Assembly: GCF_006345805.1 (NCBI RefSeq)
Contig: NC_043013.1
Location: forward strand, 56,792,001 to 56,856,000
Source: Octopus sinensis
Lineage: Eukaryota
Direction of reading: 5' to 3'
DNA: 64,000 bases
Shown here one piece after another: positions 1 to 10,979 of the stretch (position 1 is the first letter of the stretch; every line of letters begins with the position of its first letter). The translations under genes were made by a program, and so were the position numbers. Under the pieces are notes generated by a model. That model searched no databases and was not told the DNA's origin. It saw nothing but the letters and a program-made list of their open reading frames with translations.

Positions 1-751
1 TAATTAGCTTAGACCTACACCAAAATTGCTGGCCTTGTGTCAAAATATGCAACAACAATGCAAGTATTTACACAACATTTTTATGATGCATGTGTATATG
101 AGTATGCATATATATATACACACACACACGCACACACACATGCTTATATCTTTCACTCTCTCATTTCCCTTACTCCCCATCTCACTCTCTCTCTCTATAT
201 GTATATCTCTTATTATAAAAGGCAGATTTTATCTGCCTCCCTTTGGGAGTTATACAAATCTACAATATAGGATTTCTTCAATTACAATTTACCTAGCATT
301 TTTAAGAGTACAATGCATCGCGTCATGCCAGGTCCAGTTTTCAAAATTTAAACTCCAATTAAGCAAAAATTTACAGAAAACTCACATTCTGGTGTGTGTG
401 TGTCAAAGTTGCTTTTCTTAGTCTGCTTTACACCACACGCAAACGCACACACACAGTGGGCAACGAATAAAATGAAACTAATTCACTTACTGTAGTGAGT
501 GATTCTTTCACTCTGCCTCCCACTTCCTATCTTCCACACATAGACACGCAAATATATAAATAAAATTGTAAGCTAACGTCGTGTGTGTCAGTGGTGTGTT
601 TGTGCCGTGTGTGTGTGTGTGAGGGGGGTGCGTGTGTGTGTGTGAGGGTGCGGGTGTTGTGTGTGTGTGTGTGTGTGCGTGTGCGTGAGTGTGTGACAGG
701 AAGGAGTTTTTTTACGATGAATATAAGACCTATATCCAAGTAGCAGAAAGA

Positions 752-1010
752 TAAGACAATAAGGTGTGATTTGAGGGAGATTTGGCTGCTATTTCTACAT
801 GTCTAGCTGCCATGTAGGGGTCTTCCTCATAGGCTCATACATATACATAGATAAGACAGTAAGGTGTGATTTGGGGGGAATTTGGCTGCTATTTCTACCA
901 GGTCTAGCTACCATGTAGAGGTCCCCCTCATTGGCTCAATATATATACATCATAAGACAGTAAGGTGTGATTTGAGGGAGATTTGGCTGCTGTTTCTACC
1001 AGGTCTGTTA
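752..1010. repeat. Three diverged tandem copies of a ~100 bp unit
   Basis: ATAAGACA(A/G)TAAGGTGTGATTTG..GATTTGGCTGCT(A/G)TTTCTAC recurs at ~752, ~851 and ~952. A related motif occurs inverted near 56370-56415. Confidence 0.8.
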
Positions 1011-1074
1011 GGTCTTCTCTGTAAACTCAAGCTTTCTCATGCCTTGAACATAAGACCAAAGCAGAGATGTATTC

Positions 1075-1290
1075 TTTATTCTTCTGCTTTTTCCAGCCAT
1101 TGGTCTGTGGCCATGCTGGGGCAATGCCTTGAAGAATTGTAGTTTAATGAATCAACTCCGTTTTATTTTTGTAAGCATTGTACTTATTCTATCTGTTTCC
1201 TTTGTCAAACCACTAGGGACAGGGATGTAAACAAACCAACATTCGTTGTCAAGCAGTGGTGGAGGACAATCACAAGCACAGACACGCACA
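1075..1290 (-). mobile_element. SINE 3' half (same family as 41619-42012)
   Basis: Reverse complement resembles the TTGACAAC..TGTTTAC..GATAGAATAAGTAC..CCAGCATGGCC core of the 41.8-42.0 kb SINE. Confidence 0.65.
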
Positions 1291-1362
1291 CACACACATA
1301 CATGCATACACATATACACACTACATACATACATACATATATATATATGTGTTATATATATA

Positions 1363-1680
1363 TTGCAGCGTGGAAGGTGTTTGTAAGCCATTTAAGAAAC
1401 ACACAAAAACCGTTACATTCACTTCAACATTTAATTTAATTTGCCAAAATATTTTCGTCGCTTTGAGACCGCGACCTGTTCACTGACAAAAATATCGTGC
1501 TAACAGGTCGCGGTCTCAAAGCGACGAAAATATTTTGACAAATTAATTTAAATGTTGAAGTGAATCTAACGGTTTTTGTGTGTTTCTAAAGGGCTTATAA
1601 ACACCTCAACGCTGCAACTGTTTTCGTTCCAGCACACGATCTCAGATCAGTCACTTGCTATGCAAGTACATCTCTGTAAC
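1363..1680. mobile_element. Fold-back element: ~117 bp inverted arms (1363-1480 / 1502-1617), 21 bp spacer, unique 3' extension
   Basis: Arms are near-perfect reverse complements. A second copy with the same extension lies at 53622-53820. Confidence 0.85.
1440..1492 (-). ncRNA. Minimal type I hammerhead ribozyme motif, G3:C8 core variant
   Basis: Minus strand reads UUUGUCA-GUGAACA-G-GUCGC(GGUCUCAAA)GCGAC-GAAA-AUAU-UU/UGGCAAA: 7-bp stem I, 5-bp stem II, palindromic stem III. Confidence 0.7.
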
Positions 1681-1777
1681 TATATATATATTTATATATA
1701 TATATATATGTATATTGGTAAAAACAGTAAGATAACAAAGAAAGAAAGAGACCTCAATATTATGTAAATAGAGGAAA

Positions 1778-2169
1778 TCTTATATATAAAAGTGAGGTTG
1801 TGTGTCTGTCTCCTACGATTTAGATTCCTAACTACTCCACATTTTGCGGTGCAGTTTAACCAAAACGGGTATCTTATAGTCGTGATTCATATCGAGACCG
1901 TCTGGGTATTAGCGCGCGTCTACGATGAGTCTACGATTTAAAAAAAAATTTACCATCAATTTTTCCCATTGTTAATCCATTTTTGACATATATAAGGGAA
2001 GTAACTCTCTAAAATTTATTATTAAATCTCAGAACGTAAAAAGCTACAGTAACACCCCTCCCCCTTTGTGGTTAGCCATATTGAGATGGCTATTATACTT
2101 TACATCTCTAAAAATGCTTATATAATTATTTCCCTTACAAACCCGAGCAACGCCGGGCGATACTGCTAG
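1778..2169 (+). mobile_element. Non-autonomous Helitron
   Basis: 5' TC (TCTTATATATAAAA), subterminal hairpin CCCG-AGCAACGC-CGGG (2142-2157), 3' CTAG, inserted between A and T with no TSD. Confidence 0.8.
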
Positions 2170-2289
2170 TGTATGTATATATATATATATATATATCTCT
2201 ATACATATATAGAGAAAAACAGCACCATGATGCAATTCACGCTACCAGGAATTTGGAAATGGCACGCTGTACTGCTTGGTATTTGTGTC

Positions 2290-2957
2290 AGAAGCTCCAA
2301 TACGAACCTTTCAAAGTGAATGGGTGTCAATCTGAGGACAGATGTACCGAGGGGGATAAAAATCAAACATCCAGTCTCCATCATAGTGTTTGGAGTGACG
2401 TTATGCTTCTATTCATTTTCCCACACGGCCTCAGACTCAACATGGAGGCCTACATCAAGTGCCTGCAGGTGGTAGTGCTGCCCTGGGTGAAGAGGGTGGA
2501 TACTAGAAGACCCTATATCTGGTAACAGGGCTCTGCACCATGCCACACAAGCAGGAAAATGCAGTCATGACTGTCAGACACTTTCTGCAACCACATCACC
2601 CCTAACATCAGGCCACCTAATTTCCTAGACTGCAACCCCCTTGATTATTATGTGTGGGGCACAATTGAGAAAGAGACCAACAAAACTTCTTGTAACAACA
2701 AAGATGAACCGAAAGCAAAGATTATGGCAGCATTCACCAACTTAACGAAGGAGACCATTCAGAAAAGTTACAGGAGATTCCGAAGTTGTCTGGAGGCCAT
2801 GGTTGAAGCCAGTGACGATTTTTTAAAAATAAACCTACTCTTTCGTACTTCCAGATATTTTTATGTAATTTTGGTAAATATATTAATTAAAATGAGAAGT
2901 CAGTGTAATTTTCATTTTTGCATAATTTAGATGACAGTTTATTCACCGCACTCTGTA
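2290..2957 (+). pseudogene. Tc1/mariner-superfamily transposase relic (C-terminal DDD region) with right terminus
   Basis: Translations IW*QGSAPCHTS, RPPNFLDCNPLDYYVWG and RRFRSCLEAMVEASDDF; element ends ...CTG followed by TA. Confidence 0.8.
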
Positions 2958-3072
2958 TACACACACACACATGTATATATATGTATATATCTATATATGT
3001 ATGTATGTATATATATTTATAGGTACATGCATAAATATATATATACATACATATATATATATATACATACAC

Positions 3073-3165
3073 TATTGTACACTTACTTAAATATGAGATA
3101 AAATGTAAGGTATATGAAATATGAAATGAATTTGATGATTGTTCACCATTTTCATAATGAACATA
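3073..3165 (+). repeat. ~90 bp dispersed repeat; inverted copy at ~4730-4835
   Basis: GTACACTTACTTAA..ATAAAATGTAAGGTATATGAAATATGAAATG..TTTGATGATTGTTCAC is present in both orientations; a more diverged copy lies near 6750-6800. Confidence 0.75.
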
Positions 3166-3181
3166 TATATTCATACATATA

Positions 3182-3249
<68 letters not shown>

Positions 3250-4215
3250 TACACACACACATTTATATATATATTTGTGTGTGTGTGTGTATGTATATAT
3301 ATCTATATATATATATATATATATACATATATATAATATATACATATATTATGCATGTACCTATGTATATAGATACGCATATACACACATATACTAGTTT
3401 TAAAGAGAATCTACACAAATCCAGGACCACTGAGCACAGAAAGTACAGTAAAACCGCTGAGCCAGAAAAAGAGAACATCACAGCATATATTTTATTTCTT
3501 CTTTTCTTTATTCTTAGTTAAGTTGACCATTCTAATGTTTCTGGCTTTAAGAGTGCACTTGAGATTAAAGCTTGTGTAATCCATTAATCTTCAGTTGACC
3601 ATATCTCGATAGCAGAACATAAATCCTAATTAGTGCTGCTAGTCACAACACAATATTAGATTTGGGACTCAGTTGATGCCATTAAGATCTCATTAGAATG
3701 TGTTCAGATCTTCAATGGTGTCTATGTGATGCCACAGAATATTTTGGTTTGTTATTTTGTGCTTTTGTTGTTGTTGTTGTTGTTTTAGTTTTCTAAACAT
3801 GATACTATCAGATTACTGTGTCTAGCAAGTTTAAAACTAGTAAATCATAACAAGTTGTCGTTGTTCTTGTTCTTGTTGTTGCTTGAAGGAAACCATTCAT
3901 ATAAATACAAAAATATTCGTAGGAGGATGATTGGAGGAAAATTGACAAGAAATAATTGATAATACATGAAAAAATCTTAGAAAACAAAAAATATACGAAA
4001 TGTGTATATCTATGTATGTGCATTATATATATAGTTTTTGTGAGTAGATATGTGTGTATGCAAACATGCATACATACAAATATATATGTACACATATATG
4101 TATGTGTATATATATATATAGGTTTTGTGAGTATATATGTGTGTATGTATACATGCATACATACAAATATATATGTGCGCATATATGTATGTGTGTGTAT
4201 ATATATAATATATAT

Positions 4216-4260
<45 letters not shown>

Positions 4261-4434
4261 TGTATATATATATGTGCGCATATATGTATGTGTGTGTGTA
4301 TATATATATATATATGTATATATACACAAGGGAGTCAGAGAAAGGCAGAATGCCACCTATTTCTGAACACTACTATAGAAATATTCCTTTAAAAAAACTT
4401 TTCTTCTAATTTTTTCTAAATTTAATTATTTAAT

Positions 4435-4482
4435 CGTTACAGTTGAAAAGGTCTCAAAATGACCGAAACCGGTACTGAAATG
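4435..4482 (+). ncRNA. Minimal type I hammerhead ribozyme motif, U3:A8 core variant
   Basis: CGUUACAG-UUGAAAA-GGUC(UCAAAAU)GACC-GAAA-CCGG-UA/CUGAAAUG. Confidence 0.65.
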
Positions 4483-4660
4483 TTCACTATAAAATTATTT
4501 TAGCATTTTCTATTTTTGACTTGTTTTTTTTTTTCATATATCGACTCGTGTGTTCCTTTTCACCCTTATACATATATATATAATAATATATATATATAAT
4601 ATATATTATATATATATATATACATATATGTATATATATATGTGTGTGTGTGTGTGTGTA

Positions 4661-4704
<44 letters not shown>

Positions 4705-4849
4705 ATATATATGCATATATCTATGAATATATATGTTCATTTATATATACCAGATATATAAAATGAACATTGTGAACAATCATCAAATTTCATTTCATAT
4801 TTCATATACCTTACATTTTATTTCATAATTAAGTAAGTGTACAGAAGTG

Positions 4850-4880
<31 letters not shown>

Positions 4881-4884
<4 letters not shown>

Positions 4885-5865
4885 TCATCATCATCATCAT
4901 CGTTTAACGTCCGTTCCCCATGCTAGCATGGGTTGGATTGTTCGACTGGGGATCTGGGAAGTCAGAAGGCTGCACCAGGCTCCGGTCTTATCTGGCAATG
5001 TTTCTACAGCTGGATGCCCTTCCTAACGCCAACCACTCCGTGAGTGTAGTGAGTGCTTTTTACGTGCCACCTGCACTGGTGCCAGGCGAGGCTGGCATCG
5101 GCCACGGTCGGATTGGTGCATTTTACGTGCCACCTGCACGGAAGCCAGTCAAGGCAGCACTGGCTTCGGCCACGATTCGGATGGTGCTTTTTACGTGCCA
5201 CCGACACGGAAGCCAGTCGAGGCGGCGCTGGCATCGGCCACGATTCGGTTAGTGCTTTTTACGTATCTCCAGTCCAGGGGTCCTGGCATCTGCCGGGTGC
5301 CAGTCATAGGATTGGTTCAATTTCGATTCCGATTTCACTTGCCCCAACAGGTCTTCGCAGGCAAAGTGGGGTAGGCATAGGTGCCTGTCGTCGGATGAGG
5401 TTCGATATCGACTTCGCTTGCCTCAACAGGTCTTTGTGTGTCCAAGGGAGGAAAGGCATGCATAAGTGGGCTGGGCTCACTTGTCCTGCCTGTTCTTCTC
5501 ACGCACAGCATATTTCCAAAGGTCTCGGTGCTACATTTCCTCAGTGAGACCTAAAGTTCGAAGGTCGTGCTTCACCCCACCTCGTCCCAAGTTTTCCTGG
5601 GTCTACCTCTTCCACGGTTTCCCTCCACTGCTAGGGATTGGCACTTTTTCACACACCTATCTTCATCCATTCTCGCCACATGACCATACCAGCGCAATCG
5701 TCTCTCTTGCACACCACAACTGATGCTCCTTAGGTCCAACATTTCTCTCAGGGTACTAACGCTCTTATCGAGCATGCACACTGACATTACACATCCATCG
5801 GAGCATACTGGCTTCATTTCTCGCGAGCTTACGCATGTCCTCAGCAGTCACGGCCCATGTTTCAC

Positions 5866-5871
<6 letters not shown>
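4881..5871 (-). mobile_element. 5'-truncated RTE-clade LINE (ORF C-terminus, 3'UTR, (GAT)n tail)
   Basis: Encodes YGSETWAV..RLRWYGHVARMDEDR..GRGRPRKTW; near-identical to 60410-61556; flanked by (TA)n. Confidence 0.9.
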
Positions 5872-5939
<68 letters not shown>

Positions 5940-5987
5940 ATATATATTATGTAATATATATATATATATATAATATTATATATATAT

Positions 5988-6420
5988 ATCATCATCATCA
6001 TCATCATCATCATTAACGTCCGCTTTCCATGCTAGCATGGGTTGGACGGTTCAACTGGGGTCTGGGGAGCCCGAAAGCTGCACCAGTCCAGTCAGATCTG
6101 GCAGTGTTTCTACAGCTGGATGCCCTTCCTAACGCCAACCACTCCGAGAGTGTAGTGGGTGATTTTATGTGCCACCGACACAGGTGCCAGACGAGGCTGA
6201 CAAACGGCCACGCTCGGATGGTGTTTTTTATGTGCCACCGACACAGGTGCCAGACGAGGCTGGCAGACGGCCACGCTCGGATGGTGTTTTTTATGTGCCA
6301 CCGACACAGGTGCCAGACGAGGCTGGCAGACGGCCATGCTCGGATGGTGTTTTTTATGTGCCACCGACACAGGTGCCAGACGAGCTGCTGACGGCCACCA
6401 CGCTCGGATGGTGTTTTTTT
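5988..6420 (-). mobile_element. RTE 3'UTR fragment with about four tandem ~60 bp units and (GAT)n tail
   Basis: Shares GTTGGCGTTAGGAAGGGCATCCAGCTGTAGAAA and the terminal sequence with the other RTE copies. Confidence 0.85.
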
Positions 6421-6528
6421 TATATATATATATATATATGTATGTATATATATATGTATGTATATATATATATTATATATATATATAATATATATATATA
6501 TATATGTATATAATATATATATGTATAT

Positions 6529-6572
<44 letters not shown>

Positions 6573-8414
6573 GTATATATATATATAATATTATATATAT
6601 ATATATATGTATATATATATTATATGTATATATATATATTCACACACACATATATATATTGTGTGTGGTGTGTGTGTATATATATTCACCCCTCACCCAA
6701 TATAGAGCGTGTACATATATAGTGCACAATAATATATAACTTATTTATATATGGGATAAAATACAAGAGATATGAAATGTGAGATGAAATTTGTTGATTG
6801 GGGTTAACTCTTTTAGAAGTAGAAAAATGTTTAAAGAACCCTATTCGAGCCAAAATTACTTTATCAATATGAAAACTGCTTCCTATAATGTCTATCGAAA
6901 ATTATGGTCATGAGACGAAAGAATAGATAAGTATGAAAGCTATTCGCCCTTGTGTTGTGAGTTCAAATGACACTGAAGGTAGTCGATTGTGTTAGTAATA
7001 TTGGGATGTAGTTTTTATGTTTGTAAGGAACACTGGGAATAGGAACTAGGGACACTGAGGTAAATATGTCATGTCTCCAATAGTTTTAGTATCAAAGAAA
7101 GAAGAGATATTTTTATATTAGAGAAAGCATATCTGTCAGGAATGCATCTATGGTTTCTATAGTATAATTCTAAACGGATGAACATAAGCAAACACATGCA
7201 CACACACACACACACACACATACACACGTGCACATGCATGCACACACACACACACGCACACATTTGTGTTCATTCATTAGGAAATGTGAACGATGGCATC
7301 AGCAGTACCCTACACAGATCTTGTAACTGTAGATTCTTTAGTAACAATCCCCTGAAAAATGTGTGCTAAGTTCATTTTCTTGTTCAGCTTTGCTAATAGC
7401 TGTTTCATCTCTACCAATATCTTACGTGGATGGAACTAGAAGAACTTACTTTGGAATGACTGGAAATGCCTTCCAGGAAATATTTAACACTTGGTTTTGT
7501 TTAGAGATACAAGAAAAAGACACAATATGCTTTTAGAAAAAGACACAATATTGTTTAATATGGTGAAAAGCCTTAAAAATAGGATTGTGTGAAATACTAA
7601 AATAAACTGGAGCATCAAAGCTGGGGCTAAAATAAATAAAAGGTACAAAGCAGCAGGTGCAGTCTTTGTGTTAAAAAGAAATTGTATATTATAATTTCAC
7701 CAGAGATCATTTTAAAAATTATGGATGGAACTTTCTCTCCTTGACTACACAAAAAAAAAAACAATTTAAATTGTGAAATGTGAAGACTTGTTTGGTCTGC
7801 ATATGGCACCCTCTTCTATCACAAAAGAACTTTCAATAGGTGGGATGACAAATGTGATCACCTTAAAGAGACATCTGAACATCACTGAATCACTGAGTTT
7901 CCATGATTGATAACCTAGTGACAGTCACAAATTATTGGTTGGCTTCACCTTAAAGTTGCATCAATTACCCATGTCACTACAGAGTGCTTAGAATTTGAAC
8001 CCACAGAACTATAAAGTGAGCCTTGTATACAAAGTTGTAACAATACACACACACAAAGTTTTCTAAAGTTTCTTAAAACAAAAGAGACTTGTTGTCCTTG
8101 AGTTGCTGAAGAAGTGGAAACTGGTTGGCAGGACAAGTGGAAATACATTCTGCATCCAGAGGTGATACAACAATTATTTCAAGTGAGTCATGCATTTCTG
8201 TTTGTGCCTTAAGCACGTGCACACACACGCACGCACACACACATGCACACACACACGCGCGCGCACACACACACACATGCACACACTCACACACATATTT
8301 ACACTCACTCACTCACTCACACACGCATTTACACTCATGCACACACTCACACATACACATTTACACTCACTCACTCACACACACACACTCACACTAATAT
8401 CACCTACCTCTTCC

Positions 8415-8575
8415 TCATCATGTCCCATACCCTCATGGATTATAGGGTTTGACAGGATCCCATGTGTCCAAAGGCTGCATTGTACTCCAGTGCCTGTTTT
8501 ACGTGTTTTCTTCAGCCAGATGCCTGACCCCAGCCGCTTTACAGTGTGCTGGGTGCTTTTTATGTGACCCCATCG
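8415..8575 (-). mobile_element. Degenerate RTE-like 3'UTR fragment
   Basis: Diverged match (CAGCCAGATGCC..GTGCTTTTTATGTG) to the RTE 3' ends elsewhere in the window. Confidence 0.5.
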
Positions 8576-8959
8576 CTAGCAAGGTCACTAAGTACCTCAC
8601 AAGAGGAGATCCCACAACTGAAGCTGGGTGGAGGTGTGTTGTATCGGGAGAGGTAGTTTTCTGCCAGGCATTGAGAAGTTAAAGCATGACTAAGGGACTG
8701 GGAACAAGTGTCTTGCTGTAGGAGAGATGGTCACTCCTGTGAGAAAAGAAAGAAGGTGATGATGAAGATATCAGGGCATCGCCTTAAGTTGAAGGAAGGT
8801 GAATAGAATGGAAATGATACGGGCTGGTTAGTAATTTTGCAGGATTATGAGAAGACAGTTGCAGCAGACACATGGAGATGGAGATTGAAGAAAATGAAGT
8901 GAGTGGTGGAAAGTGTGGTCTTTAGATAATCACCTGGCTAGGATCAGATAAATCCAAAC

Positions 8960-9330
8960 TGGGAAACTTTATTTTATTCAGTGCTGCCATGAGCCCTTAC
9001 ATTGTTTGCACAAGGTGGATGATATACGACCAGCATTACCCAAATGACCTTTGGAATTCATTCAAGGCTAGGACCATATACCACATGTCCTCTGCATAAT
9101 TCAGGTTCACAACACATTCACTGCAGCATAATTTCTTTTCCACATCAGGCCCTGGTCTATTTAATATTATCCCAAAACAAATCAAGGAAGAAAAAGTACC
9201 GTTACCTTCAAATGAAACCTGGACAAATTCCTTCATGGAATACCAGATACATCACTATACCTGAATACATCGCAATCAACATTTTCCAACTTGAATGGGA
9301 CATAACACCACAAACCTTGACTTAAAAATG
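8960..9330 (+). pseudogene. Old LINE (CR1-like) ORF2 C-terminal relic
   Basis: Reads LQHNFFSTSGPGLFNIIPKQIKEEK, resembling post-RT C-termini of CR1-type LINEs. Confidence 0.4.
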
Positions 9331-9443
9331 ACTTAGCAGATCCTATCAGGTGGTGCCATTAATTTCAACATGGCCAGCACCAATCTTAGGCTGAATCATA
9401 TCTAAATTATCTATCTGTCTATCTATCTGCCTGCCTGCCTGCC

Positions 9444-9528
<85 letters not shown>

Positions 9529-9561
9529 GTCTATCTGTCTATCTAGCAATCTATCTGTCTG

Positions 9562-9596
<35 letters not shown>

Positions 9597-10274
9597 CTCA
9601 ATCTATCAATCTGTCTTTTTGTCTGTTTGTCTGTCTACCTCTCTGTCTGTCTTTCTGTTTGTCTACCTATCTATCTATCTATCTATTTATCTATCAGCAT
9701 ACATACATACACGCATGCATACACACATACATACAAACACACACATACATGCATACATACACACACACATACATACAATATATACATACATACATACATA
9801 CATACATACATACATACATACACATAGTGATGGATGGATATGTATAATGTAATTTTTCTTTGAATTAGAAGATAATTTGAAATCCGAGCTGTGGTGATGA
9901 TTGTATCTGATATATAACAATATTTAGATACCTGGAACTGTTATTAAATCATTTGATATTTAAAAGGACAAAGTGCAATACACAGAACTGTTATAAGCTA
10001 TTTGATATTTACTGTTCTCTCAATATCATATCCATCTTCATTGGTATATTAAAGTATGGATAGATTAGAAGCCAGAAAATAGAATTATGACAAGTTATAA
10101 ATGATTATCTGTGGAGGTGGATGAGGAGAATGGCAATGATATTAAGTAAAGGATTCACAGATTGAAAGAAGACTGATGAATAAAGTTTGTAGAGTGACAC
10201 AATGAGAAATGACAGCATATATTCATAAAAAATATACATCCACAATAGCAAATTATGACTGTATATATATATAC

Positions 10275-10334
<60 letters not shown>

Positions 10335-10360
10335 TTTATTTGAAGCAGCAGAAAATTCAA

Positions 10361-10410
10361 CAAAATCTGTTACTCTGAGTTTCTCATTGCCGTTCATCAG
10401 ACAGTTTTTG
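10361..10410 (-). ncRNA. Minimal type I hammerhead ribozyme motif, canonical core
   Basis: CAAAAACUGU-CUGAUGA-ACG(GCAA)UGA-GAAA-CUCAGAG-UA/ACAGAUUUUG; stem I pairs 9 of 10; AATAAA about 20 nt downstream. Confidence 0.7.
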
Positions 10411-10947
10411 CTAGAATGGAACCGATATATCAATTCAATCTAGACTCTTACAAACGCTACACCTTTAAAAAAAATGGACTTGTTTGATTGGCCCTTTAGA
10501 AATAACGGTCAATCTTCGAGCGATAAACAAAAAAAGCTCAAAAATATATGTATATATATGTATAAAAAATTATAAAAATTATAAAATTCGAGGAAAAAAA
10601 CCTTACATTGAATAAAATACATATTGACGTTAATGAAGAAAGTATAATTAATGCATAGAAATTAAAACTTATTATAAATATTACACTGCAATACATATTT
10701 ATATTAAAGTGTACATATATATATCAACATACACAGAAGGATGCGTGCAAATGCCATACATATACAGACGTATAAATCTAAATCTAAAATATACACATAA
10801 ATGCATGCATACATATATGCACGCAATCTATCTCGCACGCAAGTTAAAATCATCGATGTAGCGCTTCTCATTTACTGAGTAAAGCTTAAGTAAGGGGGAC
10901 GTAAAGTTGTATCAGTATCAGTTAGAGATATGCTGTGTTTACTCCGG

Positions 10948-10979
<32 letters not shown>

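Noticed and set aside
6157-6415. Regular repeats resembling a CRISPR array
   Set aside because: Contiguous tandem units with no unique spacers, inside an RTE 3'UTR in eukaryotic DNA; no cas genes
7697-7746. Minus-strand acceptor followed by QGEKVPSIIF, a possible second exon
   Set aside because: Phase is incompatible with the 22421 exon, the donor is weak and no family can be recognised
8103-8182. Exon-like segment AEEVETGWQDKWKYILHPEVIQQLFQ followed by GTGAGT
   Set aside because: Weak acceptor (GAG), no recognisable homology and no partner exons; needs RNA-seq
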